The notes: generated from the letters alone by a model not told the origin. DNA of 64,000 nt from Terriglobia bacterium (GCA_963666975.2 CAXVYR010000002.1:64001-128000); one strand, 5' to 3'. Positions 29,079 to 39,241 are shown, counted from the stretch's first letter. Numbers and translations: made by a program.

Positions 29079-32000
29079 TTGGGTTTCGACAAAAGGCACT
29101 CTTCTTCTTTTTTCTCGCGATTATCTCTTTTGCTTACTCTGGCGCTTTGTTTGCCGCCAGACGCCTACGCCGCCTCCGTCGGCGGGGATATGGTCTGCGG
29201 CACCTACCCGGGCCGCGTTTTTACAGAACTTGCGTTGCACAATCAGTACTCCAGACAGCGGGCGCGCCTTGGCTTCCAACCCCAGGCTGCCGCCCTCGCC
29301 GGACCGACCGCATCAGTGGACGAGGGCCACATCGCCGTTTTGACGGACGATGGAAGCCTGGTGACACAAGCCAATTCATTCGATATGGATCAAAGGAGCC
29401 TGACATTTGTTCCGGAGGCACAAGGTTTTACTGTATCGGCAGGGCCCGGCACTTTCGATCCGGACGCCGCCGCCAGCAATCCAGCCAATATCGGAGATGA
29501 CGGCACCCGGCAGGTGGCCCTCGGCTTCTCTTTCCCTTTTTTCGGAGAGCTGTACGGCGATGTATTCATCAACTCCGACGGGAACCTGACCTTCCGGGAA
29601 GGAGACACGGCTATCAACGAGAGAAGTCTAGCGCGGTTTCTGTCGGGGCCGCCACGGATCGCCCCTTACTTTGCGGACCTGGACCCTTCCGCTGCAGGTC
29701 AGTTGACCTACCTGTCATCGGGCAGCCGCTTTGTCGTCACATGGAGCGCGGTCCCTGACTATTCAGAGTTCGTGCTGGGGCCGCGGGAAACTTTTCAGGT
29801 GGTCCTCACGCCGGACGGCGGCATCCAGTTTGCCTATAGCGGCATCAACGGGCGGCAGACGATAGTGGGGGTCTCGCCCGGCGACTTCTCTGCTTTGCCG
29901 AACCTTCCCGACCTCAGTGAAACCAGCGCCGCTACGGTGCTGGAGGGGCCCGTAGCGGAGATCTTTACCGATTTGACCCGTCTCGACTTGGCCGCCATTG
30001 CCCAGCGTTTCTATCAGACACACGAGGACGTCTATGACTTCCTGATTGTGTTTACCGATTTTGATTTTGATATGGATGGAGCGTTTGCGTTTGCAGTGAA
30101 CGTCTCGAACCAAGTTACGGGCATTGGGGAAGTCTCCGTGCCGCCGGTCTTTGATTTTTCCAGCCAGTTCGGCAGCTCGCGCTTGCAGAGCGTGTTGAAT
30201 ATGGGGAATCTTCTGAAGTACCCCATCGATCCATCCACTATCTTTCTGCGAGGAGTCGATTCCACGCTCAGCATCCTGGGGCAGGAAGCCGGCCATCGTT
30301 TTTTGACCTACGTCACCTTCGACGACCCGGAGGGCAGTTCCAACAGCACGGCGCTGCTGGGGCGCGACCTGCAACACTGGAGTTTTCTTTTCAACTCCGA
30401 GGCCTCGGTGATGGAGGGAAACCGGATACGCGACAACGACAACGGAACCTTCACTACCACGGGCGCGGTGGAGCAGTTCAATAAGATTGACCAATACTTG
30501 ATGGGTCTTCTGGCCGCTCAAGAAGTGACATCCTCATTTCTGGTAAAAGAGCCGGGCATCCCCATCAGCCCCGCGCGCCCTCCGGAATTGAATGTGAGCT
30601 TTTCCGGCAAGCGGGCCGACGTAGTGATCCAGCAGATTATCGACGCCAACGGTCCCCGCGTGCCCAACTCCGTCATCGCCCAGAAAAACTTTAATTTTGC
30701 GTTTCTCCTGATAGCACAGCAAGGTGCTTCTCCAAGCCCGGAGCGAGTTGCGCATTTGGATACGATCCGGCAGCAGTGGGAACCATTCTTCGCCAGTGCC
30801 ACTTCGTTTCGGGGCGCAGCCAGCACCACGCTGATTCGCGGCCTGCGATTAACCCCCAGCCCGCTGGGCCTGTTTCCCGGAAACCAGGTGCAAGGGAAGC
30901 TCGAACTGCTGGCGCCGGCCGCCTCAGATATCACCGTCAGCTTGGCAAACTCCAGCCCTGCGGCGGCGAACATTCCACCAAGCGTGGTTATACCCAGCGG
31001 GACCACTTTCTCCACTTTCCCGATCTCAGCCCTTAGTCCCGGCAGAGCCTTGGTGAGCGTCTCTGCTCCGGGTTTTGAAACCAGCTCAACGGTAGTGGAA
31101 GTCCTTTCGGGGCTCACAGAACCGAACCTTTCGCTTGCTGCCACAGCGGGTGACGGTCAGCTCGGCAGCCCGGGGAGCGCTTTGAGCCAGCCCCTGCTGG
31201 TGGCGGTTCAAGATTCCAATCAAATCCCCTTCGCCGGAGTCCCGGTCGAATTTGCAGTGCAACAAGGGAATGCCTCGCTCACGGCGGCCTCAACGAGCAC
31301 CGACGCATTAGGAAATGCTTCTGTGACGGTTTTATTGGGAGCGGAGTCCGGTTCGATTACGGTCACGGCCACCGTGCCCGCGACCTCATTGACTGCCAGC
31401 TTTACAGTGTTTTCCGTGGGCAACGCCCTGGTCCCGCAGGCTGGAATCGTCAATGGCGCGAGTTTCGGTCCCGAACCGGCATCTTTGTCCCCCGGCTCTA
31501 TCATCTCCATCTTTGGGACAAACTTGTCTGCCTCCACCGCTACCGCTTCCGTTCTGCCTCTTCCGGCCAACCTGGCAAACACGACGGTAGAAATCGGCGG
31601 GATGCAAGTTCCGCTCTTCTTTGTATCCCCGGCGCAGATCAACGCTCAAATCCCCTTCGAGCTGAACGGCTCCACCGTCTCCCTGACGGTCGACAACGGG
31701 GTGTCTTCTTCAATGCCTGTTTCTCTTACTCTCGATACCGTTCGTCCCGGAATATTCAGCCAGGACTCCAGCGGCAGCGGACCTGGCGCAATCACCCACC
31801 CTGTCAGCCAGCTTCCGGTGAGCGCTTCCCTGCCAGCCACGGCAGGGAAATTTGTGCAAATCTTCGCGACCGGATTGGGAGATGTGATGCCCAGCGTTCC
31901 CAGCGGACGGCCTGCGCCCCTTTTTACTGTTTCCCGTACAACTTCCCTGGTTGAAGTTACGATGAACGGCGTTCCGGCGGATGTCGATTTTGCGGGGCTG

Positions 32001-32144
32001 GCTCCGGGATTTGCAGGGCTTTACCAAATCAACGCTCGTGTTCCCGAAGCAATTCCCGGAACGGTGGACGTGATTTTGCTTGTCGATGGTGTAGCCAGCA
32101 ACACAGTTACCATGGAAGTGGCTCAGAGGGGGGGGATTGAATAG
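29079..32144 (+). CDS. large exported protein: NIDO-like + metalloprotease-like + Ig-like + TIGR03437-type domain
   Basis: FSFPFFG..Y..VFINSDGNLTF, PRIAPYFADLDP, GQEAGH, GIVNGASF, PLFFVSPAQINAQIP and GLYQINARVP motifs. Confidence 0.85.
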   Translation: MGFDKRHSSSFFSRLSLLLTLALCLPPDAYAASVGGDMVCGTYPGRVFTELALHNQYSRQRARLGFQPQAAALAGPTASVDEGHIAVLTDDGSLVTQANSFDMDQRSLTFVPEAQGFTVSAGPGTFDPDAAASNPANIGDDGTRQVALGFSFPFFGELYGDVFINSDGNLTFREGDTAINERSLARFLSGPPRIAPYFADLDPSAAGQLTYLSSGSRFVVTWSAVPDYSEFVLGPRETFQVVLTPDGGIQFAYSGINGRQTIVGVSPGDFSALPNLPDLSETSAATVLEGPVAEIFTDLTRLDLAAIAQRFYQTHEDVYDFLIVFTDFDFDMDGAFAFAVNVSNQVTGIGEVSVPPVFDFSSQFGSSRLQSVLNMGNLLKYPIDPSTIFLRGVDSTLSILGQEAGHRFLTYVTFDDPEGSSNSTALLGRDLQHWSFLFNSEASVMEGNRIRDNDNGTFTTTGAVEQFNKIDQYLMGLLAAQEVTSSFLVKEPGIPISPARPPELNVSFSGKRADVVIQQIIDANGPRVPNSVIAQKNFNFAFLLIAQQGASPSPERVAHLDTIRQQWEPFFASATSFRGAASTTLIRGLRLTPSPLGLFPGNQVQGKLELLAPAASDITVSLANSSPAAANIPPSVVIPSGTTFSTFPISALSPGRALVSVSAPGFETSSTVVEVLSGLTEPNLSLAATAGDGQLGSPGSALSQPLLVAVQDSNQIPFAGVPVEFAVQQGNASLTAASTSTDALGNASVTVLLGAESGSITVTATVPATSLTASFTVFSVGNALVPQAGIVNGASFGPEPASLSPGSIISIFGTNLSASTATASVLPLPANLANTTVEIGGMQVPLFFVSPAQINAQIPFELNGSTVSLTVDNGVSSSMPVSLTLDTVRPGIFSQDSSGSGPGAITHPVSQLPVSASLPATAGKFVQIFATGLGDVMPSVPSGRPAPLFTVSRTTSLVEVTMNGVPADVDFAGLAPGFAGLYQINARVPEAIPGTVDVILLVDGVASNTVTMEVAQRGGIE

Positions 32145-32498
32145 ACCAGGCTCCGGCTCCCGTCCGATGCAGCCGTGCGGCACACACAGCGGGTTGCACG
32201 AAAAAGAAGTGTCCCATAGCCATTGACAAAAACAAGGAATCTGGCAACCTTATAGCGCGCAGGTTCCCGAACCGTGTGCTGGGGTTCGCTGCACCGCAGC
32301 ACGGCTGCGGTGGGGCGGTTCATGGTTTCGAAGTTTGGCCGGGACTGCTAAGAAGTCCCGCAGCGTTGTTCGCTTAGGCGTTCGCTTCGGCAGACGGATC
32401 GGTTTCACGTCAAGCCATCGCGAAAGTCCAGAGCATGGACGAACCGGATGCCGGATGAGATGACAGAAAACAATTCTTTCAGCGAGGTGAAGCTAAAC

Positions 32499-34421
32499 AT
32501 GAAACGGATTGCCTCTTTTAGCGTGTGGATTTTGTTGGTCCTGAGTTTTCTTTATGTAGCGGAGAGGGCGCAAGGGCAAAGCGCTGCTGATTTGAGCAGG
32601 AAGCTGCAGCGGCTTCAGGCTTATCCGGAAATCATTGTGGTCAACGGCAAGATTTCTACCATAGATGAGCGGATGACCGAGGTCGAGGCCATGGCGGTGA
32701 AAAACAACCGAATTCTGGCGCTGGGAACCAATGACGAGATCCGATTTCTGGCCGGTCCCAACACCGAGGTGCTGGACGCAAAGGGACGGAGAGTGTTGCC
32801 GGGCCTGATTGATAGCCACACCCATCCGCATCTTTGGGCCGTGGAGCACTGGCTGGGCGCGGAAGGGGATTTTGCCGCCAAGAGGTACAACGATCCCCAA
32901 CTGCAGATCTTCTACGCCAAGGGCAATGACCAAGCCACAGTCCTGCGGGAACTGGAGCGGATTGTTCGGGAGAGGGTAAGGGTATTGGGCCCGGGCAAGT
33001 GGATTTGGACTTCCGTGTTCGGCGGCAACAGCCTGCCTGAATCGAGAAACATTGTCTATGCCCTCTTTCCGCAAAGGGGACCGGTGGGGGGATCAGGAGG
33101 ACCATCGGCGCCGCTCACCAGAGAATTCCTGGATACGCTGGCGCCGGACAACCCCCTCATGGTGATGACCGGAGAAGCCATTGGACCTGCCGCCAACAAC
33201 ACCAGAGCCAAAGAGGAGATGGAAAAGATCCTGGGCACCGAGATGGTGGGACTACAGGCACGCACTTCGGTCACCTATGACATCCTTTTCCGGGGACGCT
33301 CCGAGGAGGCAGCGGACTTCCTCAAGCGGGAACTGCTCGAATGTGTGGTAGCCCAAGGAATCACCACCTTTGGGAACCATTACTACGGCAGCCCCTCCAT
33401 CTTTAAGATCTACAATAGGCTCTACCAGCAAGGCGAGTTGCCCGTCCGTTGGGCTTGGTTCGTGGGAGGCGGGAACGCGCAGGGAGATCCGGATTTCTTT
33501 TACCGGAATCTGGGCGACTTCCGGGGAATCGGGAACGACTACATTTGGAACGCCGGAATTGCCAACGAAGGTTGGGAATGGGGGCCTCAGGGTGAAGGCG
33601 GTATTGGAACCTGTACCGCTGCCGAGACGAACCCGAATAACCCGGTGGAACTGTATATCCCCTGCTCTGACCCGAAGGCGACAGATTACGAGCAATACAA
33701 AGGCTTCCGGGAGGTTCGCTCGGCGCTGGAATCCGGCTTGCGAATCGGATATCTGCACGTCTACAGCGATGGAACCATGGATGCTTTAATCGACCTGATT
33801 GAGAAGTCGATCGCCGATGGCAAGGTGACGCTGGAGGAAGTACGGGCCGCCCGGATCAGCACGGAGCACAACCCGATGCTTCGCCCCGACCAGGCTGCGA
33901 AGATGGCCCGGTACGGGATCATGCCTGGTTTTAACGGTTACCAGGTTCAAGGCGACATCAAGGGCGGGGCTTTCCTGAAAGCATACGGTGAGCAGTATAT
34001 GTCCTGGATGGCCCCGATGAAGACCTTGGCGGACGCCGGCGTGCGGGTGGTCTTCAACACCGACGCGCACTTGCACAAGGTTCCTCCCGAGTCAAAAGAC
34101 ATGGATTACCCGCCTCAATGGGATGGCAACATCTGGGGGTTTATAGAGTTCTTCATCACCCGCCGGATGCCTCATGATGGGATTACCTACCAGCGGAGCG
34201 AAGCGTTGGATCGAGCGACCCTGATGAAGGCGGCAACCATCTGGGGGGCTGAGCAGGTGCTGAACGAGAAAAACATCGGCTCGCTGGAAACGGGAAAGCT
34301 GGCCGATTTCATCGTGATTGACAAGGACTATTTCACGATTCCGGAAGACCAGATCGGCACGATCAAGACAGTGCTGACCGCCGTCGGCGGGAAGGTCGTG
34401 TTCCGGGCTCCCAATTACTAG
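32499..34421 (+). CDS. exported amidohydrolase-3 (YtcJ-like)
   Basis: GAGGTG RBS, signal peptide, LPGLIDSHTH, TEH, GSLETGKLADFIVIDKD motifs. Confidence 0.88.
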   Translation: MKRIASFSVWILLVLSFLYVAERAQGQSAADLSRKLQRLQAYPEIIVVNGKISTIDERMTEVEAMAVKNNRILALGTNDEIRFLAGPNTEVLDAKGRRVLPGLIDSHTHPHLWAVEHWLGAEGDFAAKRYNDPQLQIFYAKGNDQATVLRELERIVRERVRVLGPGKWIWTSVFGGNSLPESRNIVYALFPQRGPVGGSGGPSAPLTREFLDTLAPDNPLMVMTGEAIGPAANNTRAKEEMEKILGTEMVGLQARTSVTYDILFRGRSEEAADFLKRELLECVVAQGITTFGNHYYGSPSIFKIYNRLYQQGELPVRWAWFVGGGNAQGDPDFFYRNLGDFRGIGNDYIWNAGIANEGWEWGPQGEGGIGTCTAAETNPNNPVELYIPCSDPKATDYEQYKGFREVRSALESGLRIGYLHVYSDGTMDALIDLIEKSIADGKVTLEEVRAARISTEHNPMLRPDQAAKMARYGIMPGFNGYQVQGDIKGGAFLKAYGEQYMSWMAPMKTLADAGVRVVFNTDAHLHKVPPESKDMDYPPQWDGNIWGFIEFFITRRMPHDGITYQRSEALDRATLMKAATIWGAEQVLNEKNIGSLETGKLADFIVIDKDYFTIPEDQIGTIKTVLTAVGGKVVFRAPNY

Positions 34422-34598
34422 GTCCGTGCCGTTCGGAACAGACGGTTATTCCGGGCACCTTTCAATGCGGGGTAATGGCAGGCCTGGAGGAAGTAACCCT
34501 CAGGGATGCGTGCTCCAAGTCCGCCAGCACACTAATCCTCGTTCATGAGACGGCGGGCCGGAGTCAACCTCCCTTGCCGGGCCACAGGCAATGTCAAC

Positions 34599-35261
34599 GT
34601 GGCGGAAATACTGAAGATCCGGAGCCGCTTTCCGGAGCCCTCCCGAATTGTCCGTGCAGCGGAACTGGTGCGCCAGGGCCAGGTGATCGCCATCCCGACC
34701 GATACTTTTTACGGGCTGGCCGCCAATCCGTTTGACCCTTCAGCCGTCCAGAAAATTTTCGCCCTCAAGAACCGCCCGGAAAGCCAGCCGCTGCTCTTGC
34801 TTGTGGATTCCCTGGAGATGGCTGCTGATCTATCGGCAACTCCGCCCCCCGAGTTCTACCGGCTGGCCGAGCAATTCTGGCCGGGACCCCTGACCATCGT
34901 CGTGGAGGCTTCTCCCAAAATACCTCCTCCGGTCACTGCCCATACCGGGAGGATCGGGCTTCGCCTGCCCTCCGCTCCCATTCCTGTAGCGTTGATCGAA
35001 GCGGCAGGTTGCCCGCTCACTGCCACCAGCGCCAATGTGGCGGGTGGAAAGGAATGCTCCACCGCGCAGCAGGTAAACGACTGCCTGGGCAGCCAACTGC
35101 CCTTGATCGTCGATGGAGGCGACAGCCGGACGGCAGAGCCCTCTACGGTCCTCGACCTTCGTCCGAATTCTTGGGAAATTCTCCGGGAAGGTGGTGTTGC
35201 AGAAAAGGAGATCCAAACATTTTTTGCCGCCGTCAGGAAAAATCAAACAGGCCCAAAATGA
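34599..35261 (+). CDS. tsaC: L-threonylcarbamoyladenylate synthase (TsaC/YrdC)
   Basis: IPTDTFYGL, KNR, FWPGPLT, TATSAN, PSTV motifs. Confidence 0.93.
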   Translation: MAEILKIRSRFPEPSRIVRAAELVRQGQVIAIPTDTFYGLAANPFDPSAVQKIFALKNRPESQPLLLLVDSLEMAADLSATPPPEFYRLAEQFWPGPLTIVVEASPKIPPPVTAHTGRIGLRLPSAPIPVALIEAAGCPLTATSANVAGGKECSTAQQVNDCLGSQLPLIVDGGDSRTAEPSTVLDLRPNSWEILREGGVAEKEIQTFFAAVRKNQTGPK

Positions 35262-35303
35262 AAAAACCCAGCATCTCTATTTTCAAGAGCGCTGGGCTGT
35301 TTT
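35262..35303. terminator. bidirectional intrinsic terminator between tsaC and csp
   Basis: AAAAACCCAGC...GCTGGGCTGTTTT hairpin with A and T tracts, between convergent genes. Confidence 0.65.
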
Positions 35304-35340
35304 CAAAAGCCGGTTGGCTTTTAATCGGAAGTTATACTGG

Positions 35341-35553
35341 TTAAGGTTCTACTTTGGTTACGTCTTCCGCCTGCGGGCCCTTCTGGCCCTGAGTGACCTC
35401 GAACTCCACCAGATCACCCTCTTGGAGAGTCTTGTAACCATCTCCCTGAACGGCGGAATAGTGAACGAACACGTCCGCCCCGTCGTCTTGGCCAATAAAG
35501 CCATAACCCTTGGTGTTGTTAAACCATTTTACTTTTCCGGTAGTGCGTGACAA
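35341..35553 (-). CDS. csp: cold-shock protein
   Basis: [15 protein letters not shown] (RNP1), VFVHYS (RNP2); AGGAGG RBS with TTG start. Confidence 0.97.
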   Translation of the reverse strand: MSRTTGKVKWFNNTKGYGFIGQDDGADVFVHYSAVQGDGYKTLQEGDLVEFEVTQGQKGPQAEDVTKVEP

Positions 35554-35635
35554 TGTACTTTGCTCCTCCTTTTACAAAACCGTTGCGGGTTGGAACGACG
35601 GGAACCACTCAGCTGTGCAGGACCGTTTGGACCAG

Positions 35636-35673
35636 AAAAAAGCCACCTGACTGCCGTAGCAGAAACGGTGGCT
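35636..35673 (-). terminator. intrinsic terminator inside the csp 5' leader
   Basis: Minus strand reads AGCCACC-GTTT-CTGC-TACG-GCAG-TCA-GGTGGC-TTTTTT (UNCG-type loop, U6 tract). Confidence 0.75.
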
Positions 35674-35723
35674 ATAAACATTTGCCTTTCGAGGTACGCC
35701 GACACCCAACAACTCCGTAAACT

Positions 35724-35752
35724 ATATTAGCTACTGTTATATTCCGTGTCAA
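35724..35752 (-). promoter_or_regulatory. sigma70 promoter for csp
   Basis: Minus strand TTGACA-N17-TAATAT. Confidence 0.7.
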
Positions 35753-35836
35753 GCAAATATTCGCACGGGCAGTACAAGAAAGGGTGCGTAGCGGAACAAT
35801 ATAAGCTGTTCACATTTATCTAGTTCTGTATGCATT

Positions 35837-37468
35837 TTAGGGTTTCTTGCCGGAAGTTGCCTGCAGGCGCAGTTTGAAGCGCTGTATCTTGCCCGTAGCA
35901 GTTTTGGGCAAGTCCGGAACAAAATGAAAGGATTGGGGACACTTATAGGGCGCCAGGTGTTGCTTGGCAAACTGCCGAAGTTCTTGCTCCATGGAAGCGC
36001 AGGTCTGCAAACCGGCTCTTAACACCACATAGGCGATGGGCTTTTCGAGCCCTTCCGGATCGCGCTCCGGCACTACGGAGACCTCGGCGACACTCGGATG
36101 CTCCAGCAAGGCGCTCTCCACCTGAATGGGGGAAACCCATATGCCGCCGGACTTGAACAGGTCGTCGGTGCGCCCATGATAGGCGTACCAGCCATCCGCA
36201 TCGCGGGAATATTGGTCTCCCGTACGCAACCATTCCCCCGCGAAGGTGCGCTTGCTGACCTCATGATTGCGCCAGTAGAAAGCCGCGATGCTGGGAGAAG
36301 AAACCCAAAGCTCGCCCAGTTCCTCGCCTTCTACATCATTACCCGCCGCATCCACCAAGCGCGCTTTGTGTTCGGGGAGAATTTTGCCGCTGCTACCGGG
36401 CTTCACCTGCTCGGGCCTGTTGCTGAGGAAGATGTACCCGAACTCCGTGCTTCCCACTCCATCCAGAATCTGCAAGCCGGTCTTCTGAAGCCACTCCTGA
36501 TAAATCGGAGCCGGCAGCGCTTCCCCGGCAGAGACGCACAGCCGCAAACTGCTTAACTTTTTATGGTCTATGTTCTCCCGCAACATTCTGTTGTAGGCCG
36601 TTGGCACCGAAAAGAAAATTGTGGGATGGTACTGTTCCATCGCCGCAAGCACCGGACCCGGCTCCGGGCGGTCCGGCAGAAGCAGGGCAGCCCCCCCCAC
36701 CCATAAAGGCATAAAAAAAGAGTTCGTCAGCCCGTAGGAAAAAAACAACCGAGCCACCGAAAAACAGATGTCCTGCTGGGTCATTCCGATCACATGCCGC
36801 GCATAAGGCTCTACGCAAAAAATATTGTCGCGGTGCAGATGCACGGCGGCCTTGGATTCTCCGGTGGAACCGGAGGTGTAAACCCAGTGGCTGGGCTCGT
36901 TCTTGTGCGTCGGCGTGGTTTCGAGTTCAGCGGGTTGTGAAGAGATGATTTCCGTAAAGCCGTGTGCCCGTTCCATTCCCTTGCCACGGACGCCGACGAT
37001 GGTGCAGGCAGGAAAACGTTCGAGGACCGATTCCAAAGGCGTCAAAAACTCGGCCTCCCCCACCAGTATCGTGGCCCGGCTGTGGCGCAGGTAAAACTCG
37101 TAGTCGGAAGGATGGGCGAAGGTGTTCAGAGGCACCGGCACGGCCCCCAGCTTCATAGCAGCCAAAAAGCAGGCAATGAACTCCGGCGAGTCGCGCAGCA
37201 ACAGCAGGACACGCTGTTCCCGCTGCAAGCCCAGCGCGCGCAAAGCGTGCCCCGCCTGGTTGGTGAGCCGGTAAAGCTGCCCGTAGGTCAAATCCCCGGC
37301 CGGCCCCAGCAGCGCCGCCTGCGACTCCCTGCCCTCGGCCACGTGACGGTCCACGAGCGCCGCAGCCATGTTGAACTGTTCCGGCAACTCTTCCGGGCTT
37401 TTCACCGCCCTCAAGTCCTTCGCGCCCCAGGTTAGCCCGCTTCTCAGATGCATGGATTTCCCCGTCAC
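35837..37468 (-). CDS. benzoate-CoA ligase family protein
   Basis: YTSGSTGESK, ARLFFSYGL, SAGEALP, DGVGSTE, GRTDDLFK, PKTATGKIQRF motifs. Confidence 0.92.
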   Translation of the reverse strand: MTGKSMHLRSGLTWGAKDLRAVKSPEELPEQFNMAAALVDRHVAEGRESQAALLGPAGDLTYGQLYRLTNQAGHALRALGLQREQRVLLLLRDSPEFIACFLAAMKLGAVPVPLNTFAHPSDYEFYLRHSRATILVGEAEFLTPLESVLERFPACTIVGVRGKGMERAHGFTEIISSQPAELETTPTHKNEPSHWVYTSGSTGESKAAVHLHRDNIFCVEPYARHVIGMTQQDICFSVARLFFSYGLTNSFFMPLWVGGAALLLPDRPEPGPVLAAMEQYHPTIFFSVPTAYNRMLRENIDHKKLSSLRLCVSAGEALPAPIYQEWLQKTGLQILDGVGSTEFGYIFLSNRPEQVKPGSSGKILPEHKARLVDAAGNDVEGEELGELWVSSPSIAAFYWRNHEVSKRTFAGEWLRTGDQYSRDADGWYAYHGRTDDLFKSGGIWVSPIQVESALLEHPSVAEVSVVPERDPEGLEKPIAYVVLRAGLQTCASMEQELRQFAKQHLAPYKCPQSFHFVPDLPKTATGKIQRFKLRLQATSGKKP

Positions 37469-37522
37469 TCGATCTTCCCTTTGCCATCCCTACACTGACC
37501 CTTGAGCGGCCCTTAAGTGGCC

Positions 37523-38014
37523 CTATGGGTCCCGGCGAAGGCCCGCCAATACCTTTTGTCCGCGTTCGATATAAGCCGCGTCCATCTGCGGATTCTCAAA
37601 CCGTATGCCGGTGGTGATCCGCGCCGCGCCCTCATAGTCCAGCGCCTTGTCCTCCAGCACGGATTCAATCCGGACGTTTACCTTGGCCATGCCCGGAAAG
37701 CCCTCCATGTCGCGGGCCATCTCCGTGCCTGTTCCCTGGACATAGTAAGCCATGTTCTCATCCACCACCAGCAAGGTGACCTTGCCGTTGCTGCGGATAT
37801 TGGCCGTCGTGGTGCTGTTGCTCCAGGGCGCCATGCGAATGTTGGCGCGGTCGGGAGCAAGCACCTCCAGGTAGCTCAGAATAGCCGCGTAGGGCCATCC
37901 CTTCCCGTCCACCGTCACCAGCATAATCACCTTGTTGAGGTTCGGCGGAAGGTTCTCCCCGTTCAGCAGATCAAATAGACAGTCCGGCAATACCGGTTCT
38001 AATCGTTTAGACAT
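37523..38014 (-). CDS. pyridoxamine 5'-phosphate oxidase-like FMN-binding protein
   Basis: LVTVDGKGWPY..LS..EV...STTTANIRSNGKVTL split-barrel pattern; GGGAGG RBS. Confidence 0.75.
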   Translation of the reverse strand: MSKRLEPVLPDCLFDLLNGENLPPNLNKVIMLVTVDGKGWPYAAILSYLEVLAPDRANIRMAPWSNSTTTANIRSNGKVTLLVVDENMAYYVQGTGTEMARDMEGFPGMAKVNVRIESVLEDKALDYEGAARITTGIRFENPQMDAAYIERGQKVLAGLRRDP

Positions 38015-38150
38015 GAAACCCTCCCGCGCTCCCCTCAAACTGAATGGGCCACTATACGCCATGCCGCCGCATCTGGAAATACTCTATAATGCCCCCAAAT
38101 TGAATGGCGATTTCAGCCGAAGCCGGCAGGTTCGGATGGAAGGCAACGGA

Positions 38151-38532
38151 ATGCTCAAGTGCTTTTTCTCTCTGGTGATTGTTTTTGGGGTGATTGTTTC
38201 TGGATTGCTGCTGGGCTCTCCCGCCCAGGCCACCAAGCTGGTGACCTATTCCAGCGGAGATGAAGCGCGGGCAGGAGCCGTCGAGGGGAGCTATGTCATC
38301 GATCTGAACCGCGGCTATGCCTTTTATCTGTCCGATAGCGGAGCAGCAAGTCCCGAAACCGGTGACGCGCTGGTGCCTCCGGACCTTTTGCGCATACTGC
38401 ATTGCCACCGGCACGCCCTCGGGCGTTGGATCGGGACGCACCCCTCCGCGCTGGCTGCGTCCCGGCGAAACGGTTCGCGTGGAAGTCCAGGGGCTGGGAG
38501 TGCTGGAAAACCCGGTTGAACAAGGGGAATAA
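38151..38532 (+). pseudogene. chimeric remnant: exported-hydrolase N-terminus plus fumarylacetoacetate-hydrolase family fragments
   Basis: [37 protein letters not shown] is an FAH C-terminus with the catalytic core missing. The upstream frame has a signal peptide, VTYSSGDE and [12 protein letters not shown]. Confidence 0.7.
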
Positions 38533-38608
38533 GCAGCGGACTGGGAAATGGTCCCAATAGACGCTCCGTGGGGAGCACCCTCCGGCGGAGCCAAAGACCG
38601 CAAGCTGC

Positions 38609-38639
38609 TTGACATCGCCATGCGAAAAGGGGGTACAAT
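38609..38639 (+). promoter_or_regulatory. putative sigma70 promoter with 19-bp spacer upstream of iscA
   Basis: TTGACA-N19-TACAAT. Confidence 0.45.
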
Positions 38640-38718
38640 TAGTTTGGCGGGATATGGAGAGGGGAACCCTCTCTACACGCACTACAGCTAGAGTGAAGCG
38701 AATCGAGGAGGTATTTAG

Positions 38719-39054
38719 ATGGTAACGTTAACCCCAGGCGCAGTGAACAAGGTAAAAGAGATCATGAGCCAGCAAGAACCGCAGCCGGTGGGACTACGGC
38801 TTGGGATCGTCGGCGGGGGATGCTCGGGATTTTCCTATTCGATGACCTTTGAAACCAATGCCAACGGAGACGACTTCAGCATGGACAAGGTCTTTGAATT
38901 CGGCGGAGTGAAAGTCTTCGTGGACCAGGCCAGCTTGCTGTATCTCGACAATACCGAAGTTGACTTCGTCGATTCCATCGAAGGCGTTGGGTTTAAGTTT
39001 GGCAACCCGAACGTGAAAAGCACCTGCGGTTGCGGCAGCTCGTTCAGCGTCTAA
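38719..39054 (+). CDS. iscA: A-type Fe-S cluster carrier (HesB/IscA/ErpA)
   Basis: GGGCSGFSY and TCGCGSSF motifs; GGAGG RBS. Confidence 0.95.
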   Translation: MVTLTPGAVNKVKEIMSQQEPQPVGLRLGIVGGGCSGFSYSMTFETNANGDDFSMDKVFEFGGVKVFVDQASLLYLDNTEVDFVDSIEGVGFKFGNPNVKSTCGCGSSFSV

Positions 39055-39241
39055 ACGGCCCAGCGGTCTGTCTGGCAAAAGTTTCAGGGATTCGACAGCT
39101 ATTCGTCAGCGAACCGTCAGCCGCCTCCCTTGCAGTGGGTTCCATGGCAGGACGATGGCGGCTTCGGCAACGCAAGCGGCAACCCTAACGCCTTGCCCTC
39201 TTTCGCTAGAGCGCTAACGCGGAAGGACAAGAGGCGGGTGC

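Noticed and set aside
39055-39241. Moco riboswitch upstream of moaA, or TPP riboswitch upstream of thiD (40226-40393)
   Set aside because: No recognisable consensus elements by eye; an Rfam scan would be needed to exclude them fully.
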